A stretch of 64,000 nucleotides of DNA from the human T2T-CHM13v2.0 reference genome, Homo sapiens. Made by a program: the position numbers and the translations under genes. This document shows positions 23,656 to 39,300 of the stretch, in pieces. The stretch is taken from contig CP068257.2 in assembly GCA_009914755.4 (NCBI GenBank), forward strand, positions 25,408,001 through 25,472,000, given 5' to 3'. Numbering within the stretch: position 1 is the first letter of the stretch; each line of letters starts with the position of its first letter. Below the pieces are notes generated by a model that had not been told where the DNA came from, did not search any database, and saw only the letters and a program-made list of their open reading frames with translations.

Positions 23656-24060
23656 CACATAAGTTGTTTTAAGCTTATTTGTCCTGGAGATGAATCTGAA
23701 TTTTGATTCTGAATCTTGTGTGTATGGGAAAGATTTTTGAAACAGGTGAATATGAGCTACTTAAACATGGAAGAGTGATACATAAATTGTTCTGGAGCCA
23801 CTTAAAGACTCTTAAAAAATAGCTGCCAAATAAATTTTTTGAAAAACAATACACCCACAATGACAAATAGAAGGGGGTAGCAGATAATAGTAATAACATT
23901 TTGGAAAAAGAAATCAGAGAGATAAGTAGTTAATAAGCAATGTGTAAGTAGAAGAATATCTCAAAGATATTAATATTCCAAGAGGGAAAACAAAACATGA
24001 ACCAAGAAATGTGTCTTATGAAGCACTTCATAAAATATGAAGAAACTCTTGGAATTTCTT

Positions 24061-24176
24061 GAACCTGAGAGGCGGAGGTTGCAGTGAGCTGGGATTGTGC
24101 CATTGCACTCCAGCCTGGGCAACAGAGCAAGACTCCATCTAAAAAAAATAAATAAATCAATAAATAAAAGCTCTTG
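24061..24176 (+). mobile_element. Alu 3' fragment (right arm end plus A-rich tail).
   Basis: gaacctgagaggcggaggttgcagtgagctgggattgtgccattgcactccagcctgggcaacagagcaagactccatctaaaaaaaataaataaat. Confidence 0.85.
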
Positions 24177-24407
24177 ATGTTAAAAATATGCTGATATAAA
24201 TGAAAAACTGAGTGGAAGAAATGGAAGATAACATTGAAGATAGCTAGAAATCAGAGCAAACAGAGACAGAAAACAGAAAAGAAGATAAGAAAATTAGATG
24301 ATTTGCTTAGGAGAGCCTAATAATAGGAGTAACAGAATGAAAAAGTTGAGAAAACAGAGATAAGAAAATTATCATAGAAATATATTTTTAAAATATATTC
24401 ATTACTA

Positions 24408-24735
<328 letters not shown>

Positions 24736-26694
24736 ATTAATAGGGTCCCAAATGTCTTACACAATAAATGCAAATAGACCCAGACCAAGAAACATAATTA
24801 AAATTTTAGAATAGTGGAGGCAAAGAGAAGCCTCTAGAAGCTTCTAGAGAGAGTTTTATGCAAAGAGTAAAATATCAGAAGGCCATCACACTTCTATTAA
24901 TAGAACACTGGAACCCTGAAGACACAGGCGACATATTTTCACCTTCTTAGCACAAATAATCTACAACAAAACTGTTAAGCCAAATATCTAGTGTGGGTTT
25001 ATGGATAAGATAATTTAAGAACTAAAAAAAAAAATATTGTCTATGATCCTTTTACCTTTCTCAGGAGGTTGTGTTCTGCTAAAGTCAAGAAGAAAACCAA
25101 GAAACAGGAAACCATGAGATGTAGCAGAAGAGGGAGGCAAAGTAAAATCCTAGGAAGATGCAACAAAAGTATCAAGACCACAGCAAGCCTAGATCAACCA
25201 GTCCAAGTCTGAAGGCCTGAGGACCAGGAGCACTGATGATGTAAGTCCCAGTCCAAGAGCAGAAGCCTGATGTCCCAGTTCACATAGTCCACAGAGAGCA
25301 AATTCTCCCTCCTCTGCCTTTTTGTTTTATTCCAGCCACTCAACAGATTAGATGATGCCCATCCACACTGTGGAGGGCAATCTGCCTTACTCAGTCTGCT
25401 AATTCAAGTCCTAATCTTACCTGGAAACATCCTTGCAGACACACTCAGAAATAATGTTTTAACATCTGGGCACCCCATGACCCATTTAAGTTGATGCATA
25501 TTTTTAACCATCACAGATTCAATTACAAAGTAATCCATTAAAAGAGTTTAATATGTATGCTTCTGGAGAGGACAAAAATAATGAAAATATTAAGCATCTA
25601 CTCTTTCTCATAACCTGTCTTACAGAACTCTTTGAGTTTTAAAAAATGACTTAACATGTATGAGTAAATATGACTAATTAACAAAATGTGTATGTATGCA
25701 AGTCCAGAAGCACTGCACAGTTAGAGCATATAGATAGTTAAATGAGGACAAAAAAATCTGTAAACAAAGTCCAGTTTATAATACATACCAGTTCATGAAA
25801 AATCAAGCAGTCTCAACATGGTGCTAGAAAGCTCATTTTCTGATTTTAGGAAGAACCATGGTTCCACACTCAAACTTCAGCTGGTTGGGTTTAAAACATC
25901 TTTTTCAGTTTTGTTTACACATTATCAATAAGTAAATGTGGCTTACATGAAACTTTACAGAGTTTATAATTTGTACAAATTTTGATACACAGTATATGTG
26001 AAATATGTCTTCACAATAGCAAGGTAGACCTATATATAAGCCTGCTGTAAGGCACCTATTATCAAATAATAGTAGGAAACATTACTGAAGATTTTGGAGG
26101 TGTGTGGCATTGCCATCAACCACTGATTTATGTATTTTCTCATTCAGTAATCCCATGAAATAGAGTGAGCTGTGTGTATCATTGATAGGAAGTTAAAGCT
26201 CAAGAAATAAAATAATTTGCCCAAAGTCCTGCACCTGCTTTTGATCCCTGAGCTGTAAAGACTCTTCTAAATGGGTGGTGATTGTTTCATAGTAATCATT
26301 TTAAGAGGTGTTACATTTACTTCGCTGATACTGCTACTATTGTTAAATCATAAAAAAGTGTAACAATTTACATTCGGAAACGTTGTTCCCATCATTCTTG
26401 AATATTTTCAGCTGGCAGATATTTCGGTCTTTGAGAATGGATTTGATTTTTCTTTAATAGACAAAATTCAATTGGAGTGAAGCCTGATAAACTAAATTAA
26501 TAATTAACTTGAGAAATGTTTTCTTTTTTGGTCAAAAGCTGCATTTGTGAATAAAAGGTATGTTTTGTAATTAGTAACTTTGCTAGGAAGGCATTTCTCA
26601 AAGAACTCCAAATATGTGGTATGTAGATGATGTCATGAAAGTGTGTACAGCTTTGCATAGCAATATTCTGAATGACATTTGAATGCATTTCTCT

Positions 26695-26745
26695 CCCTCT
26701 CTCTCTTTCTCTCTCTCTCTAATTTATCTATCTATTCATTCATCC
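26695..26745. repeat. (TC)n microsatellite followed by a (TCTA/TTCA)-rich tail.
   Basis: ctctccctctctctctttctctctctctctaatttatctatctattcattcat. Confidence 0.9.
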
Positions 26746-27283
26746 CTCTGTACTTGTTAAAAATTCCATGCATTTAGGAGTACATGTGCCATCATACTCA
26801 TCAAGAACTTGCATTAGGGAAATTTATGTATATTTCTGGAGGACACGTCTTTTCTTCCCAGTCTCGGTCATACTTGCTTTGCCTTGCATTCCCTAGCACT
26901 CTGTGTTTGTGTTGTACCATGTCCATAAATGCTTACTGCTGTGAAGGGATCCACTATGAAAGGCATAAAAACATTCTACATTTTTGCACTAAAAATACTA
27001 AAAAATATTTGGAAATACTTGGAAATGGATTGTTGTTGTCCCTCCTTTTTCGTAAACATACCTAAAAAGAGTGAGGTTGCATCCCAGAGGGTATTTCTCA
27101 GAAGCTGGGTCTTCTGCTTGCTTATAGGGTCCAAAGTTCTCCTTGAAAGAGAAATGACTGCTACACTGTCACTTTCTAAAGAAGAGTCTTAGTTTTAAAA
27201 TTTCTTGGTCACTTTTGTTCAGAGTTTGGTTTACTGAGCTGTAGAGTACCTGTAGAGCATACATTTTGTTTTAGCCTATTAGA

Positions 27284-27710
27284 TGGTTAATATTGAGTGT
27301 CAACTTGATTGGACTGAAGGATACACAGTATTGATCCTGGGTGTGTCTGGAGGGTGTTGCCAAAATACATTAACATTTGAGTCAGTGGGCTGGGGAAAGC
27401 CGTTTCACCCTTAATCTGGTGGGAACAAGATAATCAGCTGCCAAGGAATATAAAGCAGGCAGAAAAAGGTGAAAAGGGGAGACTGGCCTAGCCTCCCAGC
27501 CTACATCTTTCTCCGGTGCTGGATGCTTCCTGCCTTCCAACATCACACTCCAAGTTCTTCAGTTCTGGGACTTGGACTGGCTCTCCTTGCTCCTCAGCTT
27601 GCAGACAGCCTATTGTGGGACCTGTGATTGTGTAAGTTAATTCTTAATAAACTCCCCTTTATATGTGTATCTATCCTATTAGTTTTGTCCCTCTAGAGAA
27701 CCCTAATACA
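27284..27710 (+). mobile_element. Solo LTR of the same ERVL-type family as 2318-3008 and 8988-9515. Only a vestigial microsatellite (cctttatatgtgtatctatcc).
   Basis: Collinear similarity along its whole length (tggttaatattgagtgtcaacttgattggactgaaggatacacagtattgatcctgggtgtgtct...gcagacagcctattgtgggacctgtgattgtgtaagttaattcttaataaactcccc...ccctctagagaaccctaataca). No retroviral coding sequence is adjacent. Confidence 0.8.
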
Positions 27711-29419
27711 GGCTGTTAATTAATTTTATTGAATTTCTCCATAAAACAATGATTTTAAAGAACAAACCTGAATGAATATTAAATCCTAAAGTCCTCATTA
27801 TTTGAATACAATAAATTATTTTACTTTGTTGGTTAAATGAGATCTAGCTAAAGCTTAATCACACTATTTAAGGAAAGAAGAGACGTGCGACCAAGAAGTC
27901 AGAAATACTTCCTGGAAATTGCTTCTTTTGATTTTGCCATTTCATCATGCAGCATGGTGACAGGTTCCTGGGCCTATTGCTGTGACAGCATGATCACGAG
28001 GCAGCATGTGCACTTGGCTCACTGTGACAATCATCCTAAGCCAATTATCCGCACATGATGAAATGCTCATCCTCAACGCTATTTCAATAGTGATTCAGAA
28101 CCTATCTACTCATTTCCTAGTGCTCTCTTTCTATCCTGGTTTTCCTTTCGTCAGAAGTGATGTAAATAAAATACTTTGAGGTTTCTGGAAAGGAGAAAGG
28201 AGTTTATGTTAATATCCTTCTAATTTTCAGCCCTTAGTGCAGAATTCCAAATTATGGCTGAAACTTTGGGAGGTCAGCTAGATGCCTGCTTTGTGTTTTT
28301 ATTACTCCCTTCCGGACGTACGTGCTTATTTCAGAGATATTTTGTAATCTCTGCTCTTACTCAGAAACTAAGTGGCAAGGAAGCAACCTTAACCATAGAA
28401 CCCTTTAATAGCAAGAGAAAAGATTTTGCTAGAAAGACTAATCATTTAATAAAGGTAATTATCTCTGGTATCTATTAACTTCAGTAGTCTGAATTCTAGT
28501 TTATACCTCAGAATTAAAGTTTACACCTCATGATTAGACTCTGCATGATTCCTCATTCACTGAGAATGGCTCTCCAGAGAACATTGCCTGGCTAGAATAA
28601 TGAAGCTTTCTATCCTCAAATACCAGAGATAAAAAAGCACAAGGAAAAAGACAGATATATCTCATACACAGGTGAACTATTCTATGTAAAAGATAAGTTG
28701 AAATTTTCTACCCAGCTTTCATTTCCAAGTCCTGGTAGAGACAGAAGTATTTGACCTGGCTGAAAAGCAAGCTGACTTAAGGGGTATGATTATGTCGTAC
28801 TTTGAACAATGTGGCTTAAACCATTATTGGAAGTTGGTACAAATAAACCTCATAATTTGAGAAAGATTGGAAAATATAAGGCCTTCGACAAAATGCTCAC
28901 GCAGAGAACTTTTCCATCTTGTACTTCTCCTTAACTGCTTCTACTCTTGCCTTGTCCCTGTCTTCTATCACAAAGGGATCATGATCTGTAATTGATATGC
29001 TAACATTTGGATGGCAGCAAAGGCTTAATGAATTATTCCTTCTGGACAGTTTTTGAAGGTCAACGTTCTTCAGGATCTTAAGCTAAAAGATGAGTCAGGG
29101 GACATGTAAGCACCGCTGAGAATATTCTTGGTCAGAATTTTTAGAGAAAATATGTCCCATGTCAGAAACACAAGGACACACATTACATGTCTCCCCTTTG
29201 CTTTCAGAGGAAGGAATATTTCCTCTGCTTCTCTTTGTTTTCAGACACAACCTGCACTTTATAGCCATTCTCTTAGGAACAAAGAATATATAAAGGAAAT
29301 AAAGCACACGGTCTCTTTGCTTTCGGAAAGCTATTTGTGAAAGTTATTTGCATATATTTTTCTCTTCAGGAGAGTTTAGAAATCACTGGAGAATTGCTTT
29401 GTGCTTTAATGGACAGTGG

Positions 29420-29570
29420 AGGGATTTAGTAATCAGAGAGATGGGGCACTGAATCCCAGCCCAACAGCTAACTGGCTTTGTGATTGGTCTCAGTTTGAAT
29501 GTCCTCATCCATAATAAAAGGATGATAGAGATCCTAACAAGGTCCTTCTGAGCACCTGCCAGCAGACAGC
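29420..29570 (+). mobile_element. MIR (mammalian-wide interspersed repeat, SINE) fragment.
   Basis: ..gaatcccagcccaacagctaactggctttgtgattggtctcagtttgaatgtcctcatccataataaaaggatgatagagatcctaacaaggtcc resembles the MIR core (..gaatcccggctctgccacttactagctgtgtgaccttgggcaagt..cagtttcctcatctgtaaaatgggg..). Assignment is by eye. Confidence 0.5.
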
Positions 29571-29689
29571 CTTTGGACTGGAACGGAAACATCAATTCTT
29601 CCCTGGGTCTAAAGTCTGCAGGCCTAACACGTAGATTTTTAGACTTGCTAATCCCCTCCATAATTGCATAAGGCCATTCCTAAAATAAA

Positions 29690-29790
29690 TCTTTCTCGCT
29701 CTCTCTCCCTCTCTCTCTTTCTCTGTCTCTCCACACACACACAAACACACACACACACATGCATGCATGGACACACACACTCACATCCTA
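29690..29790. repeat. (CT)n-(CA)n compound microsatellite.
   Basis: ctttctcgctctctctccctctctctctttctctgtctctccacacacacacaaacacacacacacacatgcatgcatggacacacacactcaca. Confidence 0.95.
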
Positions 29791-30677
29791 TTGGTCTGTT
29801 TCTTCAGAGACCCCTAAGTAACACAGATTTTGGAAGCAAGACCACTGATATTTGATAGATCTTAATTAAACTCTCATTTTGTCACATTTGTAATGTCTGA
29901 GAAGGATGATGGCTATCTTTTTTCCTTTATTCATTTTTACATCCTCAGTTTATGTCAGAAAGGTGACAAAACTGGATGAACACCTGAACTCAAATAAGTC
30001 TTAGGAGTCAATAATGAAGTATAAGAATAATTTATTGGGCGCCTACCAGATACCTGACTTCCTACTTGTTGACCCAGAAATTATATTGATTTATACGCAT
30101 ATCAATATATATGAATCAATATCATTCAAAATGAATGATTCAATTGTCCATTCACTCACTGATAAGCTCAACAAACATTAAATGAGTCACAATTATGTAT
30201 CAGTGTGTTACTTGCAGAGGATGCATGAATAATTCTCTAGTGGAAAGATGCATACATAAATCATTACGATAATCCTCGCAATTAACATTTGATGAGTTCT
30301 TACTAAGTGCTGTGCTCTTTGCTAATCCTTTTACATGAATTATGTTATTTACACCTCAGAATGACTTTACGAGACAGGTGCTATTATTATATCAATTTTA
30401 CAAATGAGTAAATAGGACACAGATGAAGGAACTTGTTTAAGGTCAAGTAGCTGGTTAGTATTTACAGCAGAGGCTCTGAAGCCTCTTAGACACTTTGATC
30501 TCAGCTGGGGGATAAAGGACATATGAGCAGTTTGAAGCCTATGAGTATGAATCAAGTTTCACAGATGAGATCATCTTTGAGCTTGGAGGGTGGGAGAAAA
30601 TAAAGAAGGACAGATTCATAGGACCCGGGCCAGAAATGGCTTTATTTTTTACACCATCATGTGGAAGGAAACGATAG

Positions 30678-30988
<311 letters not shown>

Positions 30989-31770
30989 GACATTTAAACT
31001 TTTTTAAAAGGCAAATTATATAATCTGATTTGGATTTTAGAAAAATAACTCGTAGCTGGAGAGAAGGAAGATTGGAAGAGAATTAGATCAGAGACAGGGA
31101 GATAGGTGATAGAATGCACAGTTATCTGGGTAAAATTGATGAGAGACTGAGGTAAAGTGGCAGGCTGGGTGGAGGGATGAGATATGTCACAAGGAGGGCT
31201 GAGTGGCTCGGTTAATGTATTGGTTTGGAGGCTTGCAGGAGAGTGAGAAATCTTGGATGACAATCACCATCCACCACCAACATATTTCTATTCCGGTTGA
31301 CTAGGGTGGCGATGATGCCATTCTCTGTAATAGTGACCAGGGACAGTGCATAATCTGCTAGTGGGCAGGGGGCTGGGAGGATGGCTTCTGTCCCATGTTA
31401 AGTTTAAGCAGCCCATGCATACTGAGGAGGAGAGTCCATTAGTCTGAATATAGAGATCTAGACCTCAGAAGGAAGGCTGGGGCTGAGATATCAATGTAGG
31501 GATTATCAGCATTCAGGAGGTGGCTGAGGCATTTAGAAGGTATGAGGCCAGGGAGAGTGTGGACAGAGAGGAAAGAAGATGCTCAAGGTCAGAACCACGG
31601 TGAACTTTAATAGTTAAATCCAGAAAGGTAGAGGAGGCCACAAAGGAGACAAATAAGAAGTGAGGGAGGCCTTGTAACTTATTTTTTAAAAAGTTTTTTT
31701 GAATGGCTATGCAAACTAAAATGCAGTTACAGTTAGCCTTTCATATCCATGGGTCTGTGGATTCAGCTAA

Positions 31771-32259
<489 letters not shown>

Positions 32260-33461
32260 TGAATCCATATGAAGAAAGTAATATGTAGGCATTGTGTTAG
32301 GTACTATAAGTAATCTAGAGATGATTTAAAGTATACAGGAGGGTGTGTAGAGGTTACATGCAAATCCTATACCATTTTATATAAGGTACTTGATCATCTG
32401 TGGATTTCAGTATACTCAGTGGGTCCTGGAACCAGTCCCTCATGGATATAGAGTGGTAACAAAACAGAAAGTAGGTTCAGAGAAAGATGTCAACAATTTC
32501 TGAAATATGGAAGTAGATGAAATTCAGAGGAAAAGTGAATGGAATAACATCCCTACCATGAGAGTGATACTGAACTTTTTCTTCTGTATTCGAACTCTAT
32601 TTACATATTTAAAAGGGTAATATATAGCTTTGGCCACTTTAGTTTTTTGCTTTTTTCTTTCTCATGATTCTTAACCATGTGAATGATGATGTATATGACT
32701 GCATTTTTTGTTATTTATAATGATTTATTCATAAAACATCTTATAGTGCATGGCCAGTTGTCTCCCAAATTTAATTTTTTAAATTTCTACACGTACAACT
32801 GTGCTTTTTTGTTACAGTGGAGAGGTCTTTGAGCTGACATCTTTTCATCAAAAGGTTATAGATTCTTCTCACACTTCGCAGTTTCAATTGACAAAAGAAT
32901 TGCTTTTTTTTTTCATAGCATTTTCCCAACTGCTCAGGATATTGGAATGGCTACATGTATAAAACAAATGACTCTTCTGACATTGGACATTGAATGGCTC
33001 CACTTTCTCACACATTCTTGGACTATGCAGTGTTTTTCCTGTGCAGGGCCTGTGACCTACAGATGGCCATGGCAGATTCAATAAAATGAAAAAAGCTAAA
33101 CAAAACACAAAGATGCTCATTATTACATTATTCTACGTTTTCCTTTTTCTTCTCATGGGATTGTTTGACAATGGCTAAATTTAGTGGTTGGCATTCAGCA
33201 TAAATGATTGGTGGTACAGGATCTCGCTATACAGAACTCTATTTCAGCAGAATTGATTTCTAAAATGCTGTTCACTTATACGCAGGGGAATCATAAATTT
33301 TAGCACAGTGTTGATCTATATATACTTCCCAGTGGAAAAGGTCTCCTTTGGCAGTAGAAAGACTTGAAGTAAAAATTACTTAGAAAAGTTCTGGATTTGA
33401 GAATGGAGATATGAAATAAAATAATATTTTTATTAAATTTTTTAAAAGTTTATTATTTATT

Positions 33462-33592
33462 TTTTAGAGACATCATCTTGCTCTGTTGCCTAAGCTCGAG
33501 TATAGTGGTACAATCATAGTTCACTGTAACCCCCTCCTGGGCTCACATGATCCTCCTGCTTCAGCCACCAGCACATGCTACCATGCCCCGCC
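33462..33592 (-). mobile_element. Alu right-monomer fragment (FRAM-like or truncated AluJ), diverged.
   Basis: tttttagagacatcatcttgctctgttgcctaagctcgagtatagtggtacaatcatagttcactgtaaccccctcctgggctcacatgatcctcctgcttcagccaccagcacatgctaccatgccccgcc. Confidence 0.75.
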
Positions 33593-34039
33593 AAAATAAT
33601 ATTTTAATCAAATAGATGGTAAATTATAATCTTAGGAAGTGTGATAATTCTAGTACTCAAATATCTTTCACTATTAATATTATTTGAATAATCCTAGGTT
33701 AGATCATTATAACATATACTTGGAAAGCAAATAATAATGCTGATTCGTTGTAAAATAAATGCAAATACATTTTGTGTTAAAGAAAGCTGATATCTTCAAA
33801 AAAGCCAGTCCTGATATTCTTTGATTTTCTTTTGGCTTCTGTTTTGAGAAATGGTAAAATATTAGAGCATTAATGTCAGACTTGCCTGACACAATATTTT
33901 CTTCTTGTTTCGAATGGTCAACTACTAACATCATGGTGTTCCCTTGGTTTTGAGATGCTTTTCACAGCTAATAGGTGTGATGAGAAAGAATCATAATAAT
34001 ACTCCGTGATCTGGAGAAGCATTAAGAGGGCAGCGGGGC

Positions 34040-34230
34040 GGGGGGGTAATGTAGTGGATAAGGTCAAGGGCTTCAGTATTAAATAGACAGGGCTTCAGGT
34101 CCTAAGTTTTACTGTGTGATCCTGGGCAGGCTTTGTTTTTTGTTTTTTTAAAAATTTCAAAGCCTTGATTTCTTCATCTGCAAAATGCTGATGTAGTATT
34201 TCAAACACTAAGGTCTACCACCTTAGAAAA
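34040..34230 (+). mobile_element. MIR SINE fragment.
   Basis: ..cttcaggtcctaagttttactgtgtgatcctgggcaggctttg...cttcatctgcaaaatgctgatgtagtatttcaaacactaaggtctaccacc resembles MIR (..ggctctgccacttactagctgtgtgaccttgggcaagt..tcctcatctgtaaaatggggataataatagtacctacctc). Confidence 0.5.
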
Positions 34231-35089
34231 ATCCGCTGTAAGTGGCAATTTGGGTCAAAACAAACATGTCACGTTAATGGAATCGTGTTTATCAAGCTGA
34301 TTGGGAGAAGGCATTTTGGAGTCCCTAGGGCAGGACTGTGGTAGGGATGTAGGGATGCACATGGCCTATTGTGGGAGATACTGGGGTTTGGTATGCAGAG
34401 TGGGGTAGAATTTGTCCAAGACAACCCACAGTTGTTTGGTGGTGGGTACAGAGTTGACAGCAGAGCCCTGGTTGAAGGAAAGCCAGCTGTTAAGTAAGAA
34501 GCCCTTGTCTTTTCCAATGGCCACATAAGTACAGGAATGACAGGGTAAGTAAAGATGTTAGTACCTGGGAGAATGGTAAACAGGATATGGAATGTGGATA
34601 AATGGTTTGGAACTAACAGGGTGATGAAAGCAACTACCTCATACATAACATGAAAGAAGCATGTGAGGTGTCTACAGCTGTGAGCTTGGCCAATAGAACT
34701 TATAAACTATACACTTGTGTATTATTAGCATTATGATTTTTGAGCAATGGGTTGGAAAAATGTAGCCTCAGGGCCGACCTCCTGAGATTATGACTTGTGT
34801 AAAAGCACAAGACTTTGTGTTTAGAAGGAACTGGTGCTTGGTTTGAGGCTTCTTTGACATTTTTAATATTTTTTGAACAAGGAGCTTGCACGCTTATTTT
34901 GCATTGAGCCCTAGACATTTTGTAGGCAGTCCTGTGTAGCATGTCTATCACAGACATGTGGTTTTGACTCAGTCACCCCACCTCCCTGCCTGTGGGACAT
35001 TTGACGATGTCTGAGTTGTTTTTGATTGTCACAGCTGGTGTATGCTCCTGGCATCTATTTCATAGAGCTCAGAGATGCTATAATTGGAC

Positions 35090-35385
35090 TGAACATGGTG
35101 GGTCACACCTGTAATCCCAGCATTTTGGGAGGCCAAGGTGGGTAGATCACTTGAAGTCAGGAGTCCGAGACCAGCCTGGTCAACATGGTGAAACCCTGTC
35201 TCTACTAAAAATACAAAAATTAGCCAGGTGTAGAGGCACATGCCTGTAATCCTAGCTACTCTGGAACCTCAGGCAGGAGAATAGCTTGAACCCAGGAGGT
35301 GGAGGCTGTAGTGAGCCAAGATCATGACACTGCACTCTAGCCTGGGCAACAGAGTGAGACTTCATCTCAAAAAAAAAAAAAAAAT
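35090..35385 (+). mobile_element. Full-length Alu (+).
   Basis: ggtgggtcacacctgtaatcccagcattttgggaggccaaggtgggtagatcacttgaagtcaggagtccgagaccagcctggtcaacatggtgaaaccctgtctctactaaaaatacaaaaattagccaggtg...tcaaaaaaaaaaaaaaa. Confidence 0.95.
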
Positions 35386-35428
35386 GCTGTAAACATCCTA
35401 TAATGCACAAGTGACAGCCCCGTAATAA

Positions 35429-35737
<309 letters not shown>

Positions 35738-37140
35738 CCAAGAATTACTTGATTTTAACTATCAATAGTGCCAAGGTGGAGAAACCCTTATTTAGAATAT
35801 TTTAATAAAAACAAATCCGTCTGTGGATCCTTGGACAACATTATTGTTAGCAAATCTGGGAAGGTGCAAGGTTGACTGGTAAACTCTGGAGGAATTAAGC
35901 TCCATCTAGTTCTGTGTTGCACATTTGGCATGGCATTCCTGCTAATGGGAGGATGTATTTTTATAACTGAGTCAAGGTATCATAAAGTTGAACCTAATGG
36001 ATGCCAGAGGAGACTCATTTGACTTGGCAGCTATAAATAGCTCACCAGCAGCACCTGTGTAACTCTTATAAGCCTTATTTTTAAAATCTGGCAATGAAAA
36101 GATGGATTCTGGCTGAATGGTCACAAAAGCTTCTTTTCTAAGTGTCAAATCACACTCCTTGCTGTAGTTCACTTCTGGGTCAGTTTCCTATTAGCTCAGA
36201 AAAAAAAAAAAACCATCTCATTCCCTTACATGCATAGGTTAGAACAATGCACTGTTTAAGGCAGGGTTTTCCTAAAGAGTTTTGGAATAAATGCTTTACC
36301 ATATAAACAGGGCCCTATCAGCTATTTACTCTGTTGTCGTGTTCATTTGTTTTTGTGGGTTATAAGGATTGAGCTAAACAGCCTTGTGCCCTAGAGATTA
36401 TTTTACATGGACCAACATTGCGGGTTTCCTTCCTATGTAGGCAGGGCTGCTTCAGTCACAGGAAAACTATTTTATGGCCCCAGATCTATCACCTGTATCT
36501 AAGGGTCATGTCAGAAATGTGGGCAAGTATGACCAAGGATGTAAAAGGAAAACAGGTGATGGCAAATGGACAGACTCATTAACATAACTGGAAAAATAAC
36601 TCAAAATGCATAACGTCATTACTGTGGGACAATCCCAGTCCATTTGTGCAAGAAAGCCAGCAGGGTTGTTTTAAATTTACATTTTAGACCATGGAGTTTT
36701 CTTTTATGTTTCTTCCCACGTGGCATCAACACTCCTTATCGCTTGTCTGGAAAGACTTGAGGATTAACTGCTAATAAATTACATTATCTCCAAAGTAAAT
36801 TTAAGTGTAGTCATGGATTCTAAGTCTCGTTTCTCTGCTTTCAAATTGTTTACATATTGGTTGTCTGAACTTTGTAATCCCATTCGAATTTTAAAAAGTG
36901 ATTTTCATGATTTATTACAATGACTGCATTTTAAATACATCCTAGAACTCAAGACCGCAGAGAAAGTTATACAACCTGGAGTTTCTCAGGCTCTTCAACA
37001 TCTGAAATGTTTAACATGAGAGAGATTGTACACATCAGGATCTCTTATCCCTGATAAAATCTTAGAATGTCTACTCTTTACATATAGCACAAACTAAAAA
37101 AAAGACTAAATCAATCCCATTAAAGAGTGATTTTAATAAA

Positions 37141-37254
37141 TAGGTTGGTGCAAAAGTGGTTGCGATTTTTGCCATTACTTTAAAAAACAAAACAAACAAA
37201 CAAACAAACAAAAAAAAAATGACAAAAACCGCAATTACTTTTGCACCAACCTAA
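37141..37254. mobile_element. MADE1 (Hsmar1-derived palindromic MITE). The central loop is expanded by a (CAAA)n/(A)n microsatellite (37182-37218). TA target duplication.
   Basis: taggttggtgcaaaagtggttgcgatttttgccattactttaaa[aaacaaaacaaacaaacaaacaaacaaaaaaaaaa]tgacaaaaaccgcaattacttttgcaccaacctaa. The two arms are near-perfect reverse complements and match the MADE1 consensus TTAGGTTGGTGCAAAAGTAATTGCGGTTTTTGCCATT. Confidence 0.9.
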
Positions 37255-37451
37255 TATTACTGAGGTTTAATTTTTTCTATGTGGACAAGGGAAAGTTTGT
37301 TTCTGGAGAATTTTTACATGTTTGCAATCTTTTAGTAGTATTTTTTACCCTAAAGGTATGTAAACAATAACTTTATAGTTGATTATGCTTTTCAGAGTTA
37401 AGTATAACTCAATCATTCTGATCTAGGGAGACTATTCTTAAGAATTGTTTT

Positions 37452-37749
<298 letters not shown>

Positions 37750-38969
37750 TCACAATGTATCAAAACATAATTTTAAAATAAAACTGGAGGAATAATTTGC
37801 ATAATTTTTTCCATAGAAGAAAAGGAATAAGAAAAGGTATCTATTTTCTAAGATGTGCTATAGATTGAATTGTGATCCCCCCGGGTTCATATGTTGAAGT
37901 CCTAAACTCCAGTACCTCAGAATGTGACTGCATTTGGATATAAGGTCTTTACAGAAGGGATTGAGTAAAAATGATTGTTAAGTTGGGCCTGAAGCCTAGA
38001 GTGCATTTATAAGAAGAGAAGATTAGGACACAGACACACACAGAGGGAATGGCATGTGAGGAGACACAGGAGAAGAAGGCCATCTGCAAAATAAGAAGAG
38101 AGGCTTGGGACAGATCCTTCTCTCTTGGCTTTTGGAAGAAACCAACCCTGTTGCCACCTCAATCTTGGACTTCTAGCCACTAGAAATGTGAGAAAATAAG
38201 TATGTGTTGCTCCAGCTCCCATTCTGTGGAATTTTGTTATCGCAACCCTAGGAAACTAATACATCATACAACTATTTTTTGGCATGGAACATGGATTTTG
38301 TTTACCTTTGATTTTTTAGCATTGATAGCTGTATCTTGAAAATAACAGATGTTCAAAAAATGTTTCTGTTTTTGCATTGAGCTATCTGGATTGAGAGGAG
38401 GATTTATTTATCCTTTGTAGCACAGACCCCCTGAAGTCCATCAAAAGTTCATATGTCAACTTCTAGAGCAATGTAATTCAGAACTACATGTCCCACCCAG
38501 CCTCCTTGCATCTAAGTGGGCCACTTCATCATGTCTCCTTATCAGAGAATGACAGGGAATGATTGCCAAGTGGCTTTTTTTTGGCCAAGCATGGAAGGAG
38601 CACATGCACCTTCTTCATTCTCTTTTCCTTTCTGCCTCCTGGATGTGAATGCCCAAGGCAATCCGGTACTGAAGATTCTGAAGCCGCCTGAATCCCTAAG
38701 AGCATGAACAGAACAGAAGCACTTCCTCACCCCATGTAACCTTCTTGATGAGGCATCTCTAAGGGACTGTTACTTAAATGGGAAATAACCTCTCCTGCGT
38801 TTAACAACTGAGATGCTATGGCTCATTTGTAGAGCAGATAACATTACCCTAAGCTGTATAGATGTGGTTATATGCAGCATGTGCTACTAAAATAAAAACC
38901 TAAAATATATGGCAGTGGCTTGGCAGTCAGGCAGCAACCAAAGAGGAAACACGCTGCACAAAGAACCAC

Positions 38970-39300
<331 letters not shown>

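Noticed and set aside
28290-28330. Local CpG-containing stretch (cttccggacgtacgtgc) as a possible CpG island or promoter
   Set aside because: It is only three or four CpGs in ~40 bp within otherwise AT-rich sequence. It is far below CpG-island criteria and has no TATA/Inr arrangement.
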